From Bacteroidota bacterium (GTDB lineage Bacteria > Bacteroidota > Bacteroidia > Flavobacteriales_F > PHOS-HE28): a DNA stretch of 64,000 nt. Made by a program: the position numbers and the translations under genes. Shown one piece after another: positions 1 to 8,445 of this stretch. The notes beneath the pieces are model-generated. The model saw only the letters and a list, made by a program, of their open reading frames with translations, made no database searches and was not told the DNA's origin. The DNA is taken from the NCBI GenBank assembly GCA_014584605.1, contig JACTMO010000066.1, positions 42,923 to 106,922 on the forward strand, given 5' to 3'. Each line of letters opens with the position of its first letter. Within the stretch, counting starts at the first letter, position 1.

Positions 1-369
1 GGTGGTGAGCTTCTCGCTTTCGGCGAGCCGCATGCTCTCCTTCAGGTAGTCCGCACGACGCGCCACCGTGGTGGGGAAGGCGAAGCCCGTGGTGGCCTGC
101 AGGTTGATGTCCGATCGGTACGGCCCCTGGATCTGTCCTTGCATGAACTGCACGTTCAGTGGCTGCAGCTCGAGGGCCGACTTGCGCAGGACTTCCTGCT
201 CCTGCACCTTCAACGCTGCGGCGGTCATGCTCGGGTGGTTGCGCAAGGCCCGGGCGATCACCGTGTCCAGGGTGACCGGTGCCTGTGCGTGAGTGTTCGC
301 GCCGATCAACAGCGCCGTCATCGTGGCAACAACCGCAGTGCGCGGCGCACGCGGCCGACCGGTGCGCAT
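1..369 (-). CDS. TolC-like outer-membrane efflux protein (OMF), N-terminal portion only; gene continues past the left window edge
   Basis: Minus-strand translation gives a signal-peptide-like MRTGRPRAPRTAVVATMTALLIGANTHAQA followed by PVTLDTVIARALRNHPSMTAAALKVQEQEVLRKSALELQPLNVQ...ADYLKESMRLAESEKLTT, a typical OMF N-terminus. It lies in the same frame as the upstream czcA with no intervening stop. Start assumed at the ATG complement of 367-369. Confidence 0.5.
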   Translation of the reverse strand, partial: MRTGRPRAPRTAVVATMTALLIGANTHAQAPVTLDTVIARALRNHPSMTAAALKVQEQEVLRKSALELQPLNVQFMQGQIQGPYRSDINLQATTGFAFPTTVARRADYLKESMRLAESEKLTT

Positions 370-3300
370 GAAGAGCATGTAGAGCGCAGGCAGCACCACG
401 AGGGTGAGCGCCGTGGCCGTGATCAGGCCGCCGATCACCACGGTGGCGAGCGGCCGCTGCACCTCCGCGCCCGCGCTGCCGCTGAGGGCCATGGGCAGGA
501 AACCGAGCGAGGCCACGGAGGCCGTCATCAGCACGGGCCGCAGGCGGATGCGCGTGCCTTTCAGCACCCGTTCCTCCAGGTCGGTGATGCCTTCGCGCTC
601 CAGCTCGTCGAAGGTGGCGATGAGCACGATGCCGTTGAGCACGGCCACACCGAAGAGCGCGATGAAACCCACGCCGGCGCTGATGCTGAAGGGCATGTCG
701 CGCAGCAGCAGGGCCGCCACGCCGCCGATGGCGCTCATGGGGATGGCCGTGTAGATGAGCAGCGCACGTTTCACGCTATGGAAGGTGAAGAAGAGCAGGA
801 GGAAGATCAGCAGCAGCGCAACGGGAACGGCCACGAGCAGACGGGCGTTGGCGGCGCGCAGGTTCTCAAAGGTGCCGCCGAAGGTGTAGGAATACCCGGT
901 GGGAAGGATCAGTTCGCTGCCCATGCGCTGCGCGAGTTCTTCCACGAAGCTCTCCACATCGCGGTCGCGCACGTTCACACCCACCACGATGCGTCGCCGG
1001 GCGTTCTCGCGGCTCACCTGCGCGGGGCCGTTCACCAGGGCCACCTCGGCCACCTGCTTCAGCGCGATCTGCCCGCCGCCGGGCATGGCCACCAGCAGGT
1101 TGGCCACGTCCTCGATACGCTGGCGCTGGTCCTGCTGCATGCGCACCACCAGGTCGAAGCGGCGCTCGTCCTCGTAGATGGCACCCGCCACCTCCCCGGC
1201 GAAGGCCGTGCGCAGCGCGCGGTTCAGGTCGGCGATGTTCAGGCCGTACTGCGCCACGCGCGCGCGATCGTAGGTGACGGTGATCTGCGGCAGGCCGGCC
1301 ACCCGTTCCAATTGGGGTTCGCCCGCGCCCTCTACTTCGCGCACCAACGCGGCCACCTTCGTGCCGAGCAGGGCCAGGGTGTCCATGTTGTCGCCGTACA
1401 CCTTCACGGCCACGTCCTGCCGTATGCCGGTCATCAGTTCGTTGAAGCGCATCTGGATGGGCTGCGTGGCCTCGAAGAACACACCCGGGATCACCTTCAG
1501 CGCCTTCATCATGGTGTCCTGCAGGCTCTCGCGGTCGCGGGCGGTCACCCACTCGTCCTTGTCCTTCAGGATGATCATCAGGTCGGTGGCCTCGGGCGGC
1601 ATGGGGTCGGTGGGGATCTCGGCACTGCCGGTGCGGCCCACCACTTGCTTCACCTCGGGGAAGCCCAGGAGGATCTTCTCCACCTTCTCGTTGTTGGCGG
1701 TGCTCATGCTGAGCGAAGCGCCCTGCGGCAGGATGCTGTGGAAGGCGAAGTCGCCCTCCTCCAGGGTCGGTATGAATTCGCCGCCCATGCGCGTGAAGGC
1801 GAAAAGGCTCGCACCGAAGAGAAGCACCGCCGTGACCACCACGCTGATCCGGTTGCGCAGGGAGAACGCGATGACAGGGCTGTACCAGCGCTGGAAACGG
1901 TCCATCATACGGTCGCTGAGGTTGCGCTTGTACGCCGTGTTGCGCGAGAGGGCCAGCGCGCTCATCATGGGCACGTAGGTGAGGCTGAGGAGCAGTGCGC
2001 CGATGATGGCGAAGCTCACTACGGCGGCCATGGGGCGGAACATCTTGCCTTCGATGCCCACCAGCGTAAGGATGGGGATGTACACGATGAGGATGATGAT
2101 CTCGCCGAAGGCCGCACTGCGGCGGATCCGGCTGGCGCTGTTGTACACCTCCTCGTCCATCTGCGCGCGGGTGAGCATTCTACCCTTGAAGCGTGCGTGC
2201 AGGTGGTGCAGCGTGGCCTCCACGATGATCACCGCGCCGTCCACGATCAGGCCGAAGTCGATGGCACCGAGGCTCATCAGGTTGCCGCTCATGCCGAAGA
2301 GGTTCATGAGGATGATGGCGAAGAGCATGCTGAGCGGGATCACGCTGGCCACGATGAGGCCCGCGCGCCAGTTGCCCAGGAAGAGCACCAGCACGAGGAT
2401 CACGATCAGCGCGCCCTCCAGCAGGTTGGTGCGCACGGTGCCGATCGCGCGGTCCACCAGGCTGGAGCGGTCCAGGTAGGGTTCGATCATCAGCCCCTCG
2501 GGCAGCGACTTCTGGATCATGGGGATGCGCTCCTTCACGGCCTTGATCACCTCGGCGCTGTTGGCACCTTTGAGCATGAGCACCATGCCGCCCACCACTT
2601 CGCCCTCACCGTTGCGCGTGAGCGCGCCGTAGCGCGGGGCGCTGCCGTAACCCACGGTGGCCACGTCGCGCACCAGCAGCGGCACGCCGTTGCTGCCGTT
2701 CTTCACCACCACCTGCCCGATGTCCTCGGGCGTGCGCAGCAGGCCGCTGCCCCGGATGCTGTAGCTGTTGGGCCGCTTCTCGATGTAGGCGCCGCCGGTG
2801 TTCTCGTTGTTCTTCTCCAGCGCGGTGAACACCTCGGCCAGTGTCACGCTCATGCTCTGTAGCCGCTTGGGATCGATGCTCACTTCGTACTGCTTCACCA
2901 GACCGCCGAAGCTGTTCACCTCGGCCACACCGGGCGTGCCCAGGAGCTGGCGCGCCACCACCCAGTCCTGGATGGTGCGCAGCTCCGCCGGACTGAAGCG
3001 CCCCTCGTACCCTTCGCGCGGATGCAGCGCGTAGTGGTAGATCTCGCCCAGGCCGGTGCTCACCGGGGCCAGGAAGGGCGTGCCCATGCCGGGCGGGATC
3101 TGGGCGGTGGCATCGCCCAGGCGTTGGTCCACCAAGGTGCGCCCGAAGTAGGTGTCCACCTTCTCCTCGAACACGATGGTGATCAGGCTGAGGCCGAAGC
3201 GGCTCACCGAGCGGATCTCCACCAGGTCGGGCAGGGAGGCCATGCTGCGCTCGATGGGCGCGGTGATGAACTGCTCCACCTCCTGCGCCGCCAGGGTGGG

Positions 3301-3462
3301 CGCGTAGGTGATCACCTGCACCTGGTTGTTGGTGATGTCGGGCACCGCATCGATGGGCAGCTGCGTGAGCGACCAGCCGCCGTTGGCGATGAGCAGCACC
3401 GTGAACAGGCCCACGATGGCCTTGTTCCGTATGGAGAACCGTATGACCGCGTCGATCATGGA
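370..3462 (-). CDS. czcA: CzcA/CusA-family heavy-metal efflux RND permease (about 1030 aa)
   Basis: Minus-strand translation from the ATG at 3462 reads MIDAVIRFSIRNKAIVGLFTVLLIANGGWSLTQLPIDAVPDITNNQVQVITYAP...AIDFGLIVDGAVIIVE..., the HME-RND signature, and ends ...VVLPALYMLF. No stop codon separates it from the OMF-like sequence that follows. The plus-strand 907-aa ORF at 139-2862 is its antisense artefact. Confidence 0.9.
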
Positions 3463-3476
3463 ACGAATGCGTTGGA

Positions 3477-3498
3477 TCCCGGTGGATCGGGATCCGTG
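3477..3498. promoter_or_regulatory. Perfect palindrome GGATCCCG-GTGGAT-CGGGATCC immediately upstream of the czcA start
   Basis: An 8-bp inverted repeat with a 6-nt spacer is seen directly in the sequence, in the 100-bp gap between the His-rich gene and czcA. It could be an operator, an attenuator hairpin or an internal terminator. Confidence 0.3.
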
Positions 3499-3563
3499 TT
3501 GGACGGAAGGAACCGGGAACGCACGGGGCCGGGCCTCACCGTGCGGCGGCGCTCAGCGCCTGA

Positions 3564-3929
3564 TCAGGCGCGCGGCGGGTTCCACTTGGAACCGGAGAAG
3601 GAAACGAAGTGCAGGGTCTCTTCGGCCGGGCTCAGCGCGATGGCGGCGCGGGACAGTACCAGGCGGAAGTTGCCGTGTGTCGATGCCAAGGCGATGCCGC
3701 TGCACGCGCAGAACACGTCCGAGCACCCATCGTCGAACGGCGTATGGTCGTGTTCGCCCGGCGGTAGGTCGGCGTGTTGGTGTCCTTCGCTGTCGTCGTC
3801 GTGGTGGCCGAAGTCGCTGTGGTGTTCCAGGATGTGCAGCACCACCTTGGGCACGCGCACCCACTCGTGCATCTCCATGGCGCTCCAGGCATAGAGGGCC
3901 AGGGTGAAGAGGAACAGCAGGCGGCGCAT
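3564..3929 (-). CDS. Small secreted His-rich protein, a putative periplasmic metal-binding protein
   Basis: Signal peptide MRRLLFLFTLALYAWSA, then a His/Asp/Glu-rich stretch (HILEHHSDFGHHDDDSEGHQHADLPPGEHDH). It is co-directional with czcA and immediately upstream of it. Confidence 0.55.
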   Translation of the reverse strand: MRRLLFLFTLALYAWSAMEMHEWVRVPKVVLHILEHHSDFGHHDDDSEGHQHADLPPGEHDHTPFDDGCSDVFCACSGIALASTHGNFRLVLSRAAIALSPAEETLHFVSFSGSKWNPPRA

Positions 3930-4093
3930 CCTGGGGCAAAGGTATGCTCTTCAACGGCACACCTGGGCCGGTTGTTCGGGACGCTGTCCTGACCAGGCCC
4001 CCCATGCATGCTTCCGGTTCTGTACGGATCATAAGCATCACCCATTGGCACCGGTTCGGATCGGAACGAATGGCGCCTTCGGTGAAAGGACGG

Positions 4094-5746
4094 TCAATCC
4101 TTGATGAACCGTACGGTATGGGCTGAGGACGACGTTTGGATCCGGGCCGTGTAGGTGCCCGTGGGCAGGCTGCTGGTATCGATCGTGGTACTCCTGCCGA
4201 AACGGCCGGCCATACTTCCGAGGGTGTTCAACACCTCGATGCCGATGAGTTGCTCATTTGCAGGTATTTCGAAGGTGATACGCCCGTTGGTCGGGTTCGG
4301 CCAGGCGCGGACCGATCCGAGGGTGTCCCGTTCATGTACCCCCACATCGTTGTACAGCTTGCCGTTGCGGTAGATGCGCGCACCGTACAGGTTGCCGTCC
4401 GGGCTTTCCCAGAAGCTCACCACGCCGCCGTTGCCATCGGGCAGTTCCGTTCGCAATTCATAGAACGGGCCGTTCACCGTGGCGAACGATACGGCTTCCT
4501 CCCAGGCAAGGGTGCCATCGGGCCGCACACGCATGGCGCAATACATATGCGGGCCGCTCATGTCCATGATCGCGATCACGGCGCCGCTATCGCTGGGTAC
4601 CAGGCGGCTGGTGGGAATGTAGACGCTCTCGATGATGACGGGCAGGCCCGTGGCGGACCATTGTGGCGCACCGGTGGCGAGGTCGTGCCGCTGCACGTAG
4701 AGTCCGCTGCTGTCCGTACGGTCGTCAAACCAACTGGTGAACAGGCTGCCGTCGTGCACCATGGCGCTGAGCGCACCCTGGCCGGATGCGGCTTCGCAAA
4801 CAGGAACAACGGCCGGGGACCAGAGCGAGGACCCCGTGGTGTCGATGCGGTTCATCCGCAGATCACCGTAGTATTCCCATACGCTTGTCAACGCACCTTC
4901 GTCGTCCTTCGCGGTGGTGAACCCATACGCGAGACCATTGGCGTCGGCGACATCCAGATACGCGGGCCATACCGCGATGCCGAGGCTGTCGAAGCGCTGG
5001 GCTTTCAGGCACGTACCTGCTCCATTGGCGCAACGGATGTTGAACACGATCCCGCCCGCACCATCCGGATCGACGCTGTACGGGCCGATGTAGTTGGCCC
5101 CCACCGGTTGTCCAGGCAATGGGAAGTCCGTGGTGCCGTCCATGTGCAAGCGCTGCATCCGGCAACCGTATCCACCGCCGCTACAGCCTTCGCAATACGC
5201 GACCAGGAACGCGCAGTCGCCGCTGGCCACCAGTTGCATGCTGCGATAGTCCAACCCGACAAGCAAGGTGGAAGGCCCGGCCCACATGGCGCTCCCATCG
5301 GTGTTGAACCGCATGGCCCACACGGTATCCGCCGCATTGACACTGGCACCGGAAAAGAAGGACACGAGCACCGAGCCATCGGGCAGGAGCAACGCGGCCG
5401 TCTGGTTCACGCTGCGTCCGGGCTGGTCCCAGAGCAGTTCGCCGTTCGCCGCCCACAGCGCATTGCCCTCGCTGTCGAAATGCTGACCGTACAGTTGTGC
5501 GCGTGCGGCATCGTTGCGCAGGTCGCTCCAGAACGCGAAGTAGCCGCTGTCGGCATCGGAGATCGCGGTCAGGTGCCGCTGGGAGTTGGCGGCATTGCAA
5601 ACCACCATGGGAGCCGCGGGGTCAGTGCTCCATTGCGCCTGTGCGCGGTAGGCTGTGACCAGCAACAGCATGAGGGCGAGCGCAGTGACCAGGCAGCCCC
5701 AGATGGCCGCTTGGTATAGCCGTTCTGTGATCTTGTTGCGGTCCAT
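4094..5746 (-). CDS. T9SS-secreted repeat (beta-propeller-like) protein with a Por-secretion C-terminal domain (type A)
   Basis: N-terminal signal (…LVTALALMLLLVTAYRAQA), internal repeats of the form DGS..W / DG.G, and a C-terminus ...LPTGTYTARIQTSSSAHTVRFIKD typical of the Por_Secre_tail. Confidence 0.7.
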   Translation of the reverse strand: MDRNKITERLYQAAIWGCLVTALALMLLLVTAYRAQAQWSTDPAAPMVVCNAANSQRHLTAISDADSGYFAFWSDLRNDAARAQLYGQHFDSEGNALWAANGELLWDQPGRSVNQTAALLLPDGSVLVSFFSGASVNAADTVWAMRFNTDGSAMWAGPSTLLVGLDYRSMQLVASGDCAFLVAYCEGCSGGGYGCRMQRLHMDGTTDFPLPGQPVGANYIGPYSVDPDGAGGIVFNIRCANGAGTCLKAQRFDSLGIAVWPAYLDVADANGLAYGFTTAKDDEGALTSVWEYYGDLRMNRIDTTGSSLWSPAVVPVCEAASGQGALSAMVHDGSLFTSWFDDRTDSSGLYVQRHDLATGAPQWSATGLPVIIESVYIPTSRLVPSDSGAVIAIMDMSGPHMYCAMRVRPDGTLAWEEAVSFATVNGPFYELRTELPDGNGGVVSFWESPDGNLYGARIYRNGKLYNDVGVHERDTLGSVRAWPNPTNGRITFEIPANEQLIGIEVLNTLGSMAGRFGRSTTIDTSSLPTGTYTARIQTSSSAHTVRFIKD

Positions 5747-5859
5747 GCAGGAGGTAATGGGCGAGTGCATGATGCTGGCGTTGATGGATCGAAGCAAGCG
5801 CGGTGAGCGTCACCGGAAAAGCTGTTCCGAGTGAGTGGTCGCAATGCTGAGCGAGCGGA

Positions 5860-6594
5860 TCAACCCGCCAGCGCCCGCATCACCTCTTCCTTCTTCCTAC
5901 GGCTGATCTCCACGCGCATGCTGTTCTTCAGCACCACATGGCCATCGTCCAGGTGGGTGATCTGGGCCTTGTTCACCAGGGTGCTTCGGTGTACGCGCAG
6001 GAAGCCCAGCGGACCCAACATATCCTCATAGTCCTTCAGGGTGCGGGCACTGACGAAGCGTTTACCATCCGCGGTATGCAGTTCGGTGTAGTTGTCGTCC
6101 GCCGTGCAGTACGTGAGGTCCGCCGGAGTGATGAAGTAGGTGCGGTCGCCGCTGGTGAGGGTGAGCTTCATGGCGGCCTCATCACGATGGCCGATGTTGC
6201 TGAGGAACTGCTGCTGCATGGCCGAACGGTCCTGATCAGGGTGCCGCTGCTTGAAGCGAGCGAGGGCCAGCTTCAATTCATCGGGCTGCACGGGTTTCAG
6301 CAGGTAGTCCAGCGCGCTGAAGCGGATGGCCTGGATGGCGTAGCGCTGAAAGCCGGTGCAGAAGATCACCTCGAAGGGCCAGGAACCCAGTTGCTGTAGC
6401 AGGTCGAAACCGCTGCCGCCGGGCATCTCCACATCCAGGAAGAGCAGGTCGGGCTTGAGCGCACCGATGCGCTCGGCAGCTTGCGCGATGTTCCCCGCTT
6501 CGCCAAGGACCTCCACTTCCGGATGCGCCACCAGGATCCCCCGCAGGTAATCCCTGTTGGCCGCATCATCGTCCACGATCACGGCTTTGATCAT
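5860..6594 (-). CDS. LytTR-family response regulator (REC plus LytTR DNA-binding domain)
   Basis: MIKAVIVDDD...LLFLDVEMPGGSGFDLL (receiver domain), with a C-terminal LytTR fold (…FLRVHRSTLVNKAQITHLD…). Confidence 0.85.
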   Translation of the reverse strand: MIKAVIVDDDAANRDYLRGILVAHPEVEVLGEAGNIAQAAERIGALKPDLLFLDVEMPGGSGFDLLQQLGSWPFEVIFCTGFQRYAIQAIRFSALDYLLKPVQPDELKLALARFKQRHPDQDRSAMQQQFLSNIGHRDEAAMKLTLTSGDRTYFITPADLTYCTADDNYTELHTADGKRFVSARTLKDYEDMLGPLGFLRVHRSTLVNKAQITHLDDGHVVLKNSMRVEISRRKKEEVMRALAG

Positions 6595-6737
6595 CGCGTT
6601 CTGCTTGCCCGCAAGATAGAGGACACGCAGGACGCGGTCGCCGCGCACGAGGAACAAGGGACTTTGCTGTTGTGGTCGCCCCACGGTCTTCTGCATGGAT
6701 CACGGATCCAAGCGGTGATCACACCGTGATCGGTGCG

Positions 6738-8354
6738 CTATCGATCCGCCACCTGCAGCTTGCCCGTAGCGATGATCCCCTGATCCCTCAGAAGCCGGAA
6801 CACATAGCTGCCGGCTGCAAGGTCGCCGCGCGGAATGATGGTCGTGGTACCTGATACACGCTGCGTGTGCACCGATCGGCCGATGGCATCAAGCAGTACG
6901 AGCACGGTATTCGACGGCACGGCACCTTCGGGCAACTGCAAGATGGCGTTGTCGATCATCGGGTTGGGCGACAAGGACACGAGATACTCGTCGGCGATAT
7001 CCGCGATGCCCGTTGTACCGCAAACTGCCGCGGACACGGAGGCCGTACGATCCGTCATGGTCAGCGTGAGCGGTGCTTCGGAGGCCCATGGCCCCATGTC
7101 CTGGAAGGTCTGGTCCGGCGCTATCTGCGGCACCGACGCTTGGTACGATCCGTAGTCCTGGCTCGGACAATAGGGACAGGTGGAACCATCCGGGGCGAGC
7201 TTCAGGAGGCGCTGCACATAGTTGGTCGTGCCAGCGGTAAGGCCGGTCACCAGCAGGTCGCCATCATCAGCAATGGACACGCGTGAGAACCGGGAGTACA
7301 CGAGACCGGATGTGGGCGGGTACTGCTTGCTCCATTCAAGTTGGCCGTTGTTATCGAGCTTGGTGATGGTTGGAGCGATGTCATCATAACTGGGTGGCGC
7401 TTCCGTGGCTCTCCCAACTATCACATAGCCGCCATCCGAATGCGCGGTTATGCCCCAGCCTGTTGTCATGTCGGCTGTGGACACCTTGGTCATCCACAAT
7501 GGAGTACCCGCTGCATCAAGCGCCAAAACGGCAATTTGTGGCCAGGTGCCAAGCACCAGCTCATTGGACTTCCCTGCCAGCACGATGGTGCTATCGGGAC
7601 CGATGGTGACACCGAAGACATCGAACCCATGGGTCGTCGAGTTGTACCAATGCATCCATTCGGTCGCACCGGTAAGACCATCCTTCCGAACGACGAGGTG
7701 CGGCTGCTGGTAACCTTCGGCCCATCCGGCGAAGATCAGGTCGCCATTGGGCAATTCGGCAACGTCGGAGGCGACACCAGTGTTCCGGAACTCTCCGCTC
7801 CAAAGCAGATCGCCGTTAGCATCCGTGCGCAGCATGCAGTAGCTGCCTGGGAAGCCTGAACCGTTCGCGATTATCGCGAAGCCTCCGTCGGCGGTCTGCA
7901 TGAAATTATCGGAATATAAACTCCCTGTGAGCGAGAAGTCCGGACTGGCGTAGGTCTTGGCCCATACCATTGTGCCCGATGCGTCCAGCTTGAGGATGAA
8001 CCAACCGACCTGCGGTCCGGTGGCTTGATCAGCACCCGCGAGCACCAAGCCACCATCGGCGGTGGCTACCAAGGCTTGCGGGTAAATGTTGTCGTTGATC
8101 CCCGTGGTCCATTTGCGCATCCACACCAGATCGCCGTTCGCATCGAAGCGTGTCACACCGATCTCGTTGTACCCATCGTTCGATTCGGAGAAGGGGCCAG
8201 CGGAAGCGAATCCGCCATCGGCCGTTTGGACGAACCCGGCTTCGCTCAAGTTGTAGAATCCGCTTTCAACGACCATGCAGGTTTGTTGGAGCTGCGCCGA
8301 GGTCGTTCCGACCATAAGTGCGCTGATCAGCGAGAGGTACGTACGGATCTTCAT
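6738..8354 (-). CDS. T9SS-secreted repeat/beta-propeller protein with a Por-secretion C-terminal domain (type A)
   Basis: Signal peptide MKIRTYLSLISALMVGTTSAQ; repeated TADGGF/ADGG motifs; C-terminus ...GSYVFRLLRDQGIIATGKLQVADR. Confidence 0.7.
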   Translation of the reverse strand: MKIRTYLSLISALMVGTTSAQLQQTCMVVESGFYNLSEAGFVQTADGGFASAGPFSESNDGYNEIGVTRFDANGDLVWMRKWTTGINDNIYPQALVATADGGLVLAGADQATGPQVGWFILKLDASGTMVWAKTYASPDFSLTGSLYSDNFMQTADGGFAIIANGSGFPGSYCMLRTDANGDLLWSGEFRNTGVASDVAELPNGDLIFAGWAEGYQQPHLVVRKDGLTGATEWMHWYNSTTHGFDVFGVTIGPDSTIVLAGKSNELVLGTWPQIAVLALDAAGTPLWMTKVSTADMTTGWGITAHSDGGYVIVGRATEAPPSYDDIAPTITKLDNNGQLEWSKQYPPTSGLVYSRFSRVSIADDGDLLVTGLTAGTTNYVQRLLKLAPDGSTCPYCPSQDYGSYQASVPQIAPDQTFQDMGPWASEAPLTLTMTDRTASVSAAVCGTTGIADIADEYLVSLSPNPMIDNAILQLPEGAVPSNTVLVLLDAIGRSVHTQRVSGTTTIIPRGDLAAGSYVFRLLRDQGIIATGKLQVADR

Positions 8355-8445
8355 GACTGTGGTCTTTGTGCCACAAAAGGAACAACGGCTCCTCCAAGCA
8401 CCGAGGAACGCAGAGTGAGCGGTCGAAGGATCGAGGGAGCGGCGC

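Noticed and set aside
139-2862. 907-aa plus-strand ORF
   Set aside because: Antisense to czcA. It is extremely His/Gly/Arg/Ala-rich with no motifs, the typical high-GC antisense artefact.
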